Positions 17,018 through 25,347 of a DNA stretch of 32,000 bases are shown here, piece by piece (position 1 is the first letter of the stretch; every line of letters begins with the position of its first letter). The notes under the pieces were generated by a model that was given only the letters and a program-made list of their open reading frames with translations, did not search any database and was not told where the DNA came from. Made by a program: the position numbers and the translations under genes. This DNA comes from Candidatus Lokiarchaeum ossiferum (lineage in GTDB: Archaea > Asgardarchaeota > Lokiarchaeia > Sigyniarchaeales > Promethearchaeaceae): assembly GCA_025839675.1 (NCBI GenBank), contig CP104013.1, positions 1,350,001-1,382,000 on the forward strand, read 5' to 3'.

Positions 17018-17458
17018 ATGGGTGAAGATAGTGTGTTTATGGTAGGATATGGAACCTTTATCACCAACGAGACATATCTCAATTCTAAAAACGTTAAGGT
17101 ATGTATTGTTCCGAAACATCGACGATTATGGTTGAAAACAACAATATTTCCCTTTATATTACCAGATCCAACTTTTCCAGGCATTCATGCATTAATTTTC
17201 TCTATTAATAAAGCCCAATTAAAAAATCTTGATATTTATGAGGGAGTTGAGGCAGGATTATATTCACGCGAGGTTATTTCTGTTCAAGATCTCAAAGGAA
17301 ATAATTTTGAGGCGTATATTTATATCCCTACCAAAAAATGCATTGCAGAATATGAGTTATCTTTAGATAAAGATCCCACTGACTGTTGGATTGAAGAAAT
17401 TCAGAAAAATTCTAACATTTACGAAAAATATCCCCAATTAATCAAGAAACTGGACTAA
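17018..17458 (+). CDS. Gamma-glutamylcyclotransferase (AIG2/GGCT)-like protein
   Basis: VFMVGYGTF...PFILP...GIHALIFSINKAQLKNLDIYEGVEAGLYSREVISV...FEAYIYI follows the (Y-G-T-L)...(L-D-x-x-E-G-x-x-x-x-Y-x-R)...(A-x-x-Y) GGCT-like pattern. The ORF track starts at GTG 17009; the first ATG is 17018. Confidence 0.6.
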   Translation: MGEDSVFMVGYGTFITNETYLNSKNVKVCIVPKHRRLWLKTTIFPFILPDPTFPGIHALIFSINKAQLKNLDIYEGVEAGLYSREVISVQDLKGNNFEAYIYIPTKKCIAEYELSLDKDPTDCWIEEIQKNSNIYEKYPQLIKKLD

Positions 17459-17611
17459 TTTTTTCATCATTAAAGGAGCAAAACTTTTCTGCTTTTTTTA
17501 ATAGAAGAAAAATTCAATCACCCCAAGCAGATTCTGACCAAATCTGTGCAATTCTATTTCCAAAAACTTATGATGAAACAAAGTATAATTTACCAAATTA
17601 GATGTGATTTT

Positions 17612-19777
17612 ATGTTCGGTAGATTAATACGCAAGAAAATTTCAAGTATGATGCATTCGGAAAGTGATACTTCATTTGCACTTTCAGGAAAAACAATTCA
17701 AGATCCAGATATCAATCCTGAAATAGATAAAAATCTCACCACTGAAGAAAATGTTTGCATGCTTCTGAAGCAAATGACTTTGGAAGAAAAAGTAAACATG
17801 TTAGGTGGGGAAGAGAGTATGGCAATTTCGGGAGTACCTCGCCTTAAAATACCTCGTGTTTGGTGTTCGGATGCTACCGCAGGAGTACGATGTTTTGGAA
17901 AAGCAACAACTTTTCCTACACCCATTGCTATGGCCGCGACTTGGAATCGAGAACTGATGCAAAATATCGGAAGATCCATAGCAGAAGAATGTCGAGCAAA
18001 GGGAGTCTCTGTGCTTTTAGCACCAGGAATAAATCTTTACCGAGTGCCCACTTGCGGTCGAAATTTCGAATATATGGGGGAGGACCCTTTTTTAATTTCG
18101 GAATTAGTCGTTCCTTATATCAGAGGAGTTCAAGATAAAGGAGTAATCACAACAGTTAAACATTTTGCATGTAACAACTCAGATTATGATCGCCACCGCA
18201 TGAATTCTCAAGTAGATGAAAGAGCACTCCATGAATTGTATCTTCCCGGATTTAAAGCAGCTATTACTAAGGCAAAGTCTTACTCCATTATGTGTTCCTA
18301 CAACCCAATTAATGGAGTTTATGCGAGTGAAAATGAAAAACTACTAACGGATATCTTACGTAAGGAGTGGAAATTTAATGGTTTTGTTATTTCCGATTGG
18401 ACTTGTGTATACAACACCAAAGAACCCATTCTTGCAGGTCTTGATGTTGAAATGCCGAAAGGAGATTATTTAAACATGCAAAAAATCCAACCATTACTTG
18501 ATTCTGGTGATATAAAAGAAGAGGATATTGATAGGCATGTAAAAAATATCTTACGAGTATTTATTGAAACAGGAATATATTCAAGATCAATTAAAGATTC
18601 CCGTTATGAGGAGTTTAATTCGGATCATTCCGATGTTGCTCTAAAAACCGCACAAGAAGCAATAATTCTTTTAAAAAATGAAAACAGCATTTTACCTCTA
18701 TCAAAATCAAAGATCAAAAAACTGGTTGTATTAGGAAAAAATGCCCTACGCACAACTACAAGTGGGGGCGGATCGTGCTATTTCCGTACAGATGAAACTA
18801 TCAATATTTTTGATGGATTGAAACAATATATTGGAGAAGAGATTCAAATCGTCCCTCTAACACTATCTAAAACTAAAATATCTTTAGATGATGAAAGCAT
18901 ACTTAGAGATGCGGATGCCATTATTTATTGCACTGGATTTACGGAGGTAGAAGAAAGTGAATGTTGGGATCGTTCATGGAAATTGACAGATTCTGAGAAT
19001 ACCACTATCACAAACATATCTCAAATTAATCAGAAAATGGTGGTGGTGATAACAGCTGGCGCAGGGTTAGAAACAGAATCATGGATTCACCAAGTTCCGG
19101 CAGTTCTTCATAGTTTGTATCTGGGACAAAATGTTGGTAAAGCAATATGTCAAGTTCTTTTTGGTGAAGTGAATCCTTCTGGGAAATTACCATTTACCAT
19201 GGCGAAAAAATGGGAGGATTTTGAATCCACGAAAAATTATGTAAAGAAACCAGAAAAAGTGAATTTTCTTCGCATTTGGGGACCCCAAGGTAAAAAAGGA
19301 GTTCGAAAAATTTGGACTGCAAATTATAAAGAAGGTTTAATGGTTGGTTACCGACATTTTGATACCAATCAAGTCAAACCACAGTTTCCATTTGGATTTG
19401 GATTATCTTATACTTCCTTTGAGATGTCAAATCTTCAATTGTCTAAAAAGCAGATAAATCCGAATGAATCGATTTCAGTTTCTTTGGATATAAAAAATAT
19501 CGGAGAGGTCTCTGGGGCAGAAACTGTGCAATTATATATTCAAGATATGGAAAGTACTTTCTTTAGACCTTTAAAAGAACTAAAGGGCTTTGAAAAAATA
19601 TTTTTGGCTCCAGATGAATTGAAAGTTATCCATTTTGAGATCACAGAAGATTTACTTCAATTTTATGATGATAAATCAAGAAATTGGAAATCGGAATTAG
19701 GTTTATTTAAATTACTTATTGGGAATTCGTCACAAAACATTATTCTTGAAGATATTTTTGAATTGACTAAAATGTAA
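17612..19777 (+). CDS. Glycoside hydrolase family 3 beta-glucosidase/beta-hexosidase-like protein with a C-terminal Fn3-like domain
   Basis: MTLEEKVNMLGG...TFPTPIAMAATWN...GVSVLLAPGINLYRVPTCGRNFEYMGEDPFL...KHFACNN...MCSYNPINGVYASEN...GFVISDW (nucleophile Asp)...FPFGFGLSYTSF. The start is ambiguous (GTG 17546, ATG 17570 or ATG 17612). No signal peptide is present. Confidence 0.9.
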   Translation: MFGRLIRKKISSMMHSESDTSFALSGKTIQDPDINPEIDKNLTTEENVCMLLKQMTLEEKVNMLGGEESMAISGVPRLKIPRVWCSDATAGVRCFGKATTFPTPIAMAATWNRELMQNIGRSIAEECRAKGVSVLLAPGINLYRVPTCGRNFEYMGEDPFLISELVVPYIRGVQDKGVITTVKHFACNNSDYDRHRMNSQVDERALHELYLPGFKAAITKAKSYSIMCSYNPINGVYASENEKLLTDILRKEWKFNGFVISDWTCVYNTKEPILAGLDVEMPKGDYLNMQKIQPLLDSGDIKEEDIDRHVKNILRVFIETGIYSRSIKDSRYEEFNSDHSDVALKTAQEAIILLKNENSILPLSKSKIKKLVVLGKNALRTTTSGGGSCYFRTDETINIFDGLKQYIGEEIQIVPLTLSKTKISLDDESILRDADAIIYCTGFTEVEESECWDRSWKLTDSENTTITNISQINQKMVVVITAGAGLETESWIHQVPAVLHSLYLGQNVGKAICQVLFGEVNPSGKLPFTMAKKWEDFESTKNYVKKPEKVNFLRIWGPQGKKGVRKIWTANYKEGLMVGYRHFDTNQVKPQFPFGFGLSYTSFEMSNLQLSKKQINPNESISVSLDIKNIGEVSGAETVQLYIQDMESTFFRPLKELKGFEKIFLAPDELKVIHFEITEDLLQFYDDKSRNWKSELGLFKLLIGNSSQNIILEDIFELTKM

Positions 19778-19812
19778 GCGGTCATTTCTTTATTTAACTT
19801 CTCTTGATTTGA

Positions 19813-19820
19813 TTTTTTTT
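19813..19820 (+). terminator. T8 tract 36 nt after the GH3 stop
   Basis: The tract reads gatttttttta. It is an oligo-T terminator candidate. Confidence 0.4.
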
Positions 19821-19875
19821 AGAATATTCTCAAACACATAAATATAATAATTCTACCATTTTTTATTTAATAAGA

Positions 19876-21915
19876 ATGGTTGCTCTCTCAAATCAAAGAT
19901 GTTTAGTAATTCTAATCCTTTTTACTTCTATATTCATCAATCCAATTTACACAACTTCAGCTTTAAGTTCATTACAAGCAGAAACAATCAAAATTGGTGT
20001 TGATCGGGAGGCAGCTCCAATGGAATTTGAAGAACAAGGTCAACCCATGGGATTTAATATAGATATATTTGATCAAGTTTCAGCAAGTTGGGAAACTCAA
20101 AATCAATATTTATTCATGGAATGGCCAGATGTTTTGGATTCTGTGAATAATGGCAGTTTAGATGCAATGTTTGCCATAAAAACCGAAGAAAGGAGAGAAA
20201 TCTATGATTTTAGTGATCCTTTTCTAAATATATCATGGCGAATTTTTATTAGAGAAGAGCAACCTAAATTGAATTCAATCACAGATTTAGAAAACCACAC
20301 TGTGGCGGTCATTAAAAATTTCGCTGCTGATCAGTATTTGCAAAGTTTAAGTTTTCATTTCCATATTATTGAAGTAGAAGATACTGAAGAAGGATTGTCT
20401 TTACTATCAAAAGGAGAAGTATATGCATACTTTGGAAATTATCATTTGGGATTGTATTATGTTCAGCAAGAAGAGTTTAATAATATCATTCCAACAGGCG
20501 AAGAAATGGCAAAGCAAGAGATGTGCATTGCTGTCAAGAAAGGGAATTCTGAACTTTTATCAAAAATAAACATTGGACTTCAATTGTTATTTGAAAGTGG
20601 AAATTATACTCAACTCTACAATTCATGGTTCGGAGGTGATGTGCTTCCCGAAATAAACCCAACAATCATTCAAATAACATCAATTGTTATTGGAGGTTTA
20701 TTTGTGGTATTGATACTACTCGCAGCATGGAATTTCGCGTTAACTAAAAAAATTGAGGAAAAAACAGAGGATTTAAAGAAAACTAACAGATTATTGATGA
20801 GACAAGATAAAATCGAATCCATTGGAGTTTTAGCAGGAGGTATCGCTCATGATTTCAATAATTTCTTAACCTCTATTTTAGGAAATATTTCTTTAGCTAA
20901 ACTTGAGATTGGGGCAAGTAACAAAGATCTTTTTGAAATTCTTCAAGAAGCGGAGAACGCTTCAATAAATGCAAAAGATTTAACCCAACAACTACTCACT
21001 TTTTCAAAAGGAGGAAAACCAATAAAAAAAGTTATAAATATCGCCCCAATCATTCAGCGTTCAAGTGTTTTTGCGCTCCATGGAACGGATATTTCACTGT
21101 CGCTTGATATTGCTGAAGATATTTGGCCAGTTAGCGTAGATGAAGGGCAAATCACACAAGTAATTAATAATATTGTTATTAATGCCAAACAAGCTATGGA
21201 AAAAGGTGGAAAAATAAAAATCACAGCTCAAAATAAGGAAGAACCCGTCATTTCTCAGACATTATCCCCAAAAAAGAAATATATTGAAATAAAAATACAA
21301 GATCAAGGTATTGGAATCCCAGAAAGAAATATTACAAAAATATTTGACCCCTATTTTACTACAAAACCAACTGGAAATGGTTTAGGGCTTTCTATTTGTT
21401 ACAACATTATCAAAAATCACAACGGGGAGATTCTGGTTCAATCTGCGCAGATGAAAGGAACGACGTTTACGATTTATCTCCCCGCATCTGATAAACCAAT
21501 TGAAAATTTGAAGAATACAGAAGGAAAATTAATCAAAGGTTGCGGAAAAATAATAGTTATGGATGATCAACGCGGTATCCGAACTTTGTTAAAACTAATG
21601 CTAACTAAATTGGGTTTTGAAGTAGAAACATCTAGCGATGGAGAAGATGCAATTCAAAGATTTGAAAAATCAAAGTTGGAATCAAGTGGACTTCCAATTC
21701 TAATCTTAGATATCACTATTCCAGGGGGTATGGGAGGTATTGAAACACTAAAAATTTTAAAAAAAACAAATCCCAAGATTAAAGCAATTATCTCCAGTGG
21801 CTATTCTAATATAGCAGTAATGAGTGATTATAAAAAATACGGTTTCTTGGGTGTGCTCCCTAAACCCTTTTCTTTGATGGAATTAAGCAATTTATTGAAA
21901 GAAATTCTCGAATAA
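19876..21915 (+). CDS. Hybrid sensor histidine kinase: signal/TM, extracellular solute-binding (SBP family 3) domain, TM, HisKA, HATPase_c, receiver
   Basis: IKIGVDREAAPMEFEEQGQPMGFNIDIF...LDAMFAIKTEERREIYDFSDPF is the amino-acid-binding SBP_bac_3 pattern. The TM helix is IVIGGLFVVLILLAAWNFAL. The H-box is GGIAHDFNNFLTSILGN, and the N/G boxes are NAKQAM, DQGIGIP and GNGLGLSICYNII. The receiver is IIVMDDQRGIR...ILDITIPGGMGG...PKPF. Confidence 0.9.
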   Translation: MVALSNQRCLVILILFTSIFINPIYTTSALSSLQAETIKIGVDREAAPMEFEEQGQPMGFNIDIFDQVSASWETQNQYLFMEWPDVLDSVNNGSLDAMFAIKTEERREIYDFSDPFLNISWRIFIREEQPKLNSITDLENHTVAVIKNFAADQYLQSLSFHFHIIEVEDTEEGLSLLSKGEVYAYFGNYHLGLYYVQQEEFNNIIPTGEEMAKQEMCIAVKKGNSELLSKINIGLQLLFESGNYTQLYNSWFGGDVLPEINPTIIQITSIVIGGLFVVLILLAAWNFALTKKIEEKTEDLKKTNRLLMRQDKIESIGVLAGGIAHDFNNFLTSILGNISLAKLEIGASNKDLFEILQEAENASINAKDLTQQLLTFSKGGKPIKKVINIAPIIQRSSVFALHGTDISLSLDIAEDIWPVSVDEGQITQVINNIVINAKQAMEKGGKIKITAQNKEEPVISQTLSPKKKYIEIKIQDQGIGIPERNITKIFDPYFTTKPTGNGLGLSICYNIIKNHNGEILVQSAQMKGTTFTIYLPASDKPIENLKNTEGKLIKGCGKIIVMDDQRGIRTLLKLMLTKLGFEVETSSDGEDAIQRFEKSKLESSGLPILILDITIPGGMGGIETLKILKKTNPKIKAIISSGYSNIAVMSDYKKYGFLGVLPKPFSLMELSNLLKEILE

Positions 21916-21957
21916 ACAAAATTGTTAATGGAAAAACTATAATTCATTTGAGATTCA

Positions 21958-21967
21958 TTTTTTAAAA
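21958..21967 (+). promoter_or_regulatory. TATA-like box (TTTTTTAAAA) about 26 nt upstream of ATG 21988
   Basis: The position fits an archaeal leaderless promoter for the Met at 21988. The element overlaps the upstream in-frame ATG at 21967, which argues for 21988 as the true start. Confidence 0.35.
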
Positions 21968-21987
21968 TGGTTTTTATTTGGTCATAT

Positions 21988-22494
21988 ATGATTCGAGATA
22001 TCTTAGTGATTAGCAAAGCAGGTTTACCATTAGTAGCACTCAACTTTGGAAATTGTCACAGTTTTAAATCGAATCCATCAGAATTTGCAGGTTTGATCTC
22101 AATTATACAGCAGTATTGCAAAACTTTCACAGGTCAAGAAATCAACATTGTTGAAATGAATAAATTGAAAATCGGCTTTTATTCCAAAAGAGACTTGCAG
22201 TTTTGCATTATTTTTGATGTTGAAGATGATTCTACTAGCGCATTAAACAAAATTGAGATGATAGCTAAATTATTTATGACGTATTACGACGTTCAACTAA
22301 AAAATTTCAATGGAAATATCAATTTATTCAAAGATTTCGGAGATTTACTGATAACATCAAATATTGCGCAAAAAAATTGTGGAAATCGTGATGATTGCGT
22401 AGATTGTCCAAATAATGATAAAAATCTTGAAATTACAGAAATCCTTTCGATAAATAAAGCAAAGAAAATTTTCCATTCTTTAATTGATGTTTAA
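21988..22494 (+). CDS. Longin / sigma-adaptin (clathrin-adaptor small chain)-like domain protein with a Cys-containing C-terminal extension
   Basis: MIRDILVISKAGLPLVALNF...NIVEMNKLKIGFYSKRDLQFCIIFDVEDDSTSALNKIEMIAKLFMTYY aligns by eye with AP sigma subunits as I recall them (MIRFILIQNRAGKTRLAKWY...[48 protein letters not shown]). The C-terminal tail contains C-x6-C-x2-C. The ORF track starts at ATG 21967. Confidence 0.45.
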   Translation: MIRDILVISKAGLPLVALNFGNCHSFKSNPSEFAGLISIIQQYCKTFTGQEINIVEMNKLKIGFYSKRDLQFCIIFDVEDDSTSALNKIEMIAKLFMTYYDVQLKNFNGNINLFKDFGDLLITSNIAQKNCGNRDDCVDCPNNDKNLEITEILSINKAKKIFHSLIDV

Positions 22495-22522
22495 CTTTAG
22501 AAAACTTTGGAAATTGAACTGG

Positions 22523-22530
22523 TTTTTTTT
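22523..22530 (+). terminator. T8 tract 29 nt after the longin-like gene stop
   Basis: The tract reads ctggtttttttta. Confidence 0.4.
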
Positions 22531-22644
22531 AAATTCAACTTATGAACTGAAAGTTTTTTAGTAAATATGTTGATGAATTATTCGTTGTAATGTACGAACG
22601 GATTCGGATGAACATTGAATAACACACATCATCTTACTAAAGTT

Positions 22645-23805
22645 ATGGATATAACCACTCAAAAACCAAATGAAAAACGTGAATTTTTAAAAAAACTCAT
22701 TTTAGAACTTCACGAAACTGAAAATATGGATAAAGTGAAGAAACAATTTAAGTCAAAGTTTTCAGATGTTGATTCAACAGAAATCGCATCTATGGAACAA
22801 GAGTTAATCGAAAATGGAGAACTTACTGCAGAACAAGTAACAAAACTATGTAATGTTCATGTGGAAGTTTTTAAGGATGAATTAAATAACCAAAAAAGTG
22901 CAGAATTAATTCCAGGTCATCCGATTCATACGTATCGCGAAGAAAATAAGATTGCTTTAGATCTGGTTAGAGATTTACGAAAAGCAGTTAAACCACTCAA
23001 AATGATTAAACTCTCAAAAATTACCTCCCATTATACCCGACTTGAAAATCAACTATTTCCGATTCTTGAAAAAGTCGGATTTTCCGGACCATCCCAAGTA
23101 ATGTGGGCAAAACATGATGAAGTACGGAGGATGATCAATGATAAAAAGAAAGAGGAATTTCCCGCTTTACTTGATGAAATTGAGGGTCTTGTGTTTAAGG
23201 AAGAAAAAATACTCTTTCCCACGGCTCTTGAAAAACTCACAGAAGAGCAATGGATTGCAGTAAAACGGGGTGAAGAAGAAATAGGATTTGCATGGATAAA
23301 ACCTGGCACCCAATGGAATCCTGTCACACCAGAGCAAATTCATATAGGGAAAAATGAATCGAAAACTCCAATATCTAGGATGATAAGCAAGATTATTGAT
23401 TTAAGTACTGGAAAACTGGATCTTGAAGTGCTCGATCTCATTTTAACAATGCTTCCTGTCGATATTTCCGTTGTGAATGAAAAAGATGAAGTAATTTATT
23501 ATTCAAATAATCCAGATCGTGTCTTCCCCCGAAGTCCAGGTGTGATTGGGCGAAATGTCAAAAATTGTCATCCTCCCAAAAGCCAACATATCGTTAAACG
23601 AATCTTAGATGCCTTTAAAAACGGAAGCCAAAATACTGCTGAATTCTGGCTGGAGTTAGGAGGACAATTTATCTATATCCAATATTTTGCGATTCGAGAT
23701 TCCATGGGAAAATTCAGAGGGACTCTAGAGGTAACCCAAGATGTTACAAAAATTCGAGGATTGAAGGGAACCCAACGGTTATTAAATTGGAATGAACAAC
23801 ACTAA
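22645..23805 (+). CDS. DUF438 - hemerythrin-like - PAS-like domain protein (putative O2/NO/iron-responsive sensor)
   Basis: REFLKKLILELHETENMDKVKKQFKSKFSDVDSTEIASMEQELIENGELTAEQVTKLCNVHVEVF is the DUF438 pattern. GHPIHTYREENK is a hemerythrin HHE-like region. The C-terminus DISVVNEKDEVIYYSNNPDRVFPRSPGVIGRNVKNCHPPKSQHIVKRILDAFKNGSQNTAEFWLELGGQFIYIQYFAIRD matches the conserved PAS-like module of this family. The first ATG is 22645 (TTG 22615 in the track). Confidence 0.85.
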   Translation: MDITTQKPNEKREFLKKLILELHETENMDKVKKQFKSKFSDVDSTEIASMEQELIENGELTAEQVTKLCNVHVEVFKDELNNQKSAELIPGHPIHTYREENKIALDLVRDLRKAVKPLKMIKLSKITSHYTRLENQLFPILEKVGFSGPSQVMWAKHDEVRRMINDKKKEEFPALLDEIEGLVFKEEKILFPTALEKLTEEQWIAVKRGEEEIGFAWIKPGTQWNPVTPEQIHIGKNESKTPISRMISKIIDLSTGKLDLEVLDLILTMLPVDISVVNEKDEVIYYSNNPDRVFPRSPGVIGRNVKNCHPPKSQHIVKRILDAFKNGSQNTAEFWLELGGQFIYIQYFAIRDSMGKFRGTLEVTQDVTKIRGLKGTQRLLNWNEQH

Positions 23806-23820
23806 CATTAATCATTCCTC

Positions 23821-23831
23821 TTTTTTTTTTT
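23821..23831 (+). terminator. T11 tract 16 nt after the DUF438 gene stop
   Basis: The tract reads cctc followed by 11 T. Confidence 0.45.
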
Positions 23832-23882
23832 ACATTTCATAACCTTTTCTTCTCAACGGATTATGGTAAAAAATAAATGGAG

Positions 23883-23890
23883 TTTTATAA
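23883..23890 (+). promoter_or_regulatory. TATA-like box TTTTATAA about 25 nt upstream of ATG 23912
   Basis: The spacing is typical of an archaeal leaderless promoter, and there is no SD-like purine tract before the ATG. Confidence 0.4.
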
Positions 23891-23911
23891 GATCCAAATT
23901 TTAATTATATC

Positions 23912-24412
23912 ATGTTTAAGAAAGATGATATTACATTAGCTGACATTAAATCAACACCCAATCCTGCAGTAGACTATATTAAATCCCATGACACCTACAA
24001 AGGGAATTTTGTGAGTTACACTCCAAAATCTGATGTCTTGAGCAAAATAGCAGATTGGTTGAAAACAAATGATGAAAAATTGACCATCGTTGCATTCGGA
24101 GCATCTTGGTGTGGTGATTGTGTGCGAAACATGCCAAAATTAGCAAAAATTGATGAAGTCATGAATAATGAGAAATTTTCAGCAGGAATTTTGGCTGATA
24201 TCAAAGTAATTCCCCCCTATGAGCGAGAAAAAGGTAAATTAATTTGGAAAGTTCCACCATCCCCTCCAGAAGCCCTCGATGAGAAATTTGATATGTTTCA
24301 CATCCCAGCGATCTTTATTTTTAATAAAGAAGGTAAATGTTTGGGGAAAATTGATGAAAATCCAGAACACACAGATACAGTGGAAGAAGAGATCTTACAC
24401 TATCTGAAATAA
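23912..24412 (+). CDS. Thioredoxin-fold protein with a WCGDC active site
   Basis: LTIVAFGASWCGDCVRNMPKLAKI...HIPAIFIFNKEGK shows the CxxC motif and the cis-Pro context of the thioredoxin/TlpA-like fold. Confidence 0.8.
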   Translation: MFKKDDITLADIKSTPNPAVDYIKSHDTYKGNFVSYTPKSDVLSKIADWLKTNDEKLTIVAFGASWCGDCVRNMPKLAKIDEVMNNEKFSAGILADIKVIPPYEREKGKLIWKVPPSPPEALDEKFDMFHIPAIFIFNKEGKCLGKIDENPEHTDTVEEEILHYLK

Positions 24413-24432
24413 AATCTTAGAAACATACTATC

Positions 24433-24440
24433 TTTTTTTT
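24433..24440 (+). terminator. T8 tract 21 nt after the thioredoxin-like gene stop
   Basis: The tract reads tatc followed by 8 T. Confidence 0.4.
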
Positions 24441-24490
24441 ATTATTTCTTATGAATTAACACAAATCTAGCACGTGTAGATGTGATTACA

Positions 24491-25291
24491 ATGAAACTCG
24501 AGAACATTCCAAAAATAGGATTAGGTACATATCAAATGACAGGGGAAAAATGTACTAATGCGGTTGTAGAAGCAATTGATATCGGATATCGACTTATTGA
24601 TACAGCACAATTATACCGAAATGAAGAAGATATTGGAGTTGCACTTCAAAAATCTTCAGTACCTAGAGAAGAGTTAATTTTGGCTTCCAAAGTGTGGGTT
24701 ACAAATTTAAGCCCGAAGCGTGTCATTTCAAGCACGGAAAAAAGTTTGCAAAAGTTGAAGACAGATTACTTAGACATCATGTATATTCACTGGCCAGCTG
24801 TCCGATATAATGTCAAAAAAACTATTGGAGCCTTCCAGCAATTGCTGGATGAAGGGAAAATTAAAGCATTTGGTGTATCAAATTTCACCCCAAAATTAAT
24901 AGATGATATAGAAAAATTCAATTCCATTAGAATCTGGGGTAATCAAGTAGAGCACCATTTGTTACTACAACAGAAACCAATGAGAAGTTACTTAGAAAAA
25001 CAAAACATGAAAATGGTTGCATATTCACCATTGGCTCGAGGAAAGGTCTTATCTTTACCGATAATTCAAGAATTAGCACAAAAATATGAAAAATCTCCGA
25101 GTCAAATAGCCCTTGCTTGGATAATGGCACATAATGTCATTCCAATTCCTAAGGCTTCAAGTAAAAATCATCTCAAACAAAATTTCAAAGCCCAAGAAAT
25201 CGTTTTAACTGAAGAAGATATGATTAAACTAGATAATCTTCAGATCCAAAAAAGATTATTTTCACCTCCAATCTTATCTCCGAAATGGTGA
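24491..25291 (+). CDS. Aldo/keto reductase (2,5-diketo-D-gluconate reductase-like, AKR)
   Basis: IPKIGLGTYQM...AIDIGYRLIDTAQLYRNEEDIG...ELILASKVW...YLDIMYIHWP...FGVSNF...NQVEHHLLLQQ...VAYSPLARG...IPKASSKNHLKQN. The catalytic D-Y-K-H tetrad contexts are present. ATG 24491 is preferred over GTG 24482. Confidence 0.9.
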   Translation: MKLENIPKIGLGTYQMTGEKCTNAVVEAIDIGYRLIDTAQLYRNEEDIGVALQKSSVPREELILASKVWVTNLSPKRVISSTEKSLQKLKTDYLDIMYIHWPAVRYNVKKTIGAFQQLLDEGKIKAFGVSNFTPKLIDDIEKFNSIRIWGNQVEHHLLLQQKPMRSYLEKQNMKMVAYSPLARGKVLSLPIIQELAQKYEKSPSQIALAWIMAHNVIPIPKASSKNHLKQNFKAQEIVLTEEDMIKLDNLQIQKRLFSPPILSPKW

Positions 25292-25297
25292 TTGTTC

Positions 25298-25305
25298 TTT
25301 TTTTT
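25298..25305 (+). terminator. T8 tract 7 nt after the AKR stop
   Basis: The tract reads tgattgttc followed by 8 T. Confidence 0.4.
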
Positions 25306-25316
25306 CATAACAATTC

Positions 25317-25326
25317 TTTTAAATAA
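25317..25326 (+). promoter_or_regulatory. TATA-like box TTTTAAATAA about 26 nt upstream of the TetR ATG
   Basis: The position fits a leaderless archaeal promoter. It abuts and overlaps operator-like element O1. Confidence 0.45.
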
Positions 25327-25341
25327 CTGAGTTTTACTCAT
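25323..25341. promoter_or_regulatory. Operator-like element O1: ATAACTGAGTTTTACTCAT (palindromic core TGAG-N5-CTCA)
   Basis: It lies between the TATA-like box and the tetR ATG (25348). It is 17/19 identical to O3 at 26144-26162. Confidence 0.55.
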
Positions 25342-25347
25342 ATTTGT

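Noticed and set aside
22511-22548. TTGAA...TTCAA inverted repeat flanking the T8 tract after the longin-like gene, considered as an intrinsic hairpin terminator.
   Set aside because: The stem is only 5 bp with a loop of about 17 nt. The T8 tract alone is the more credible archaeal termination signal.
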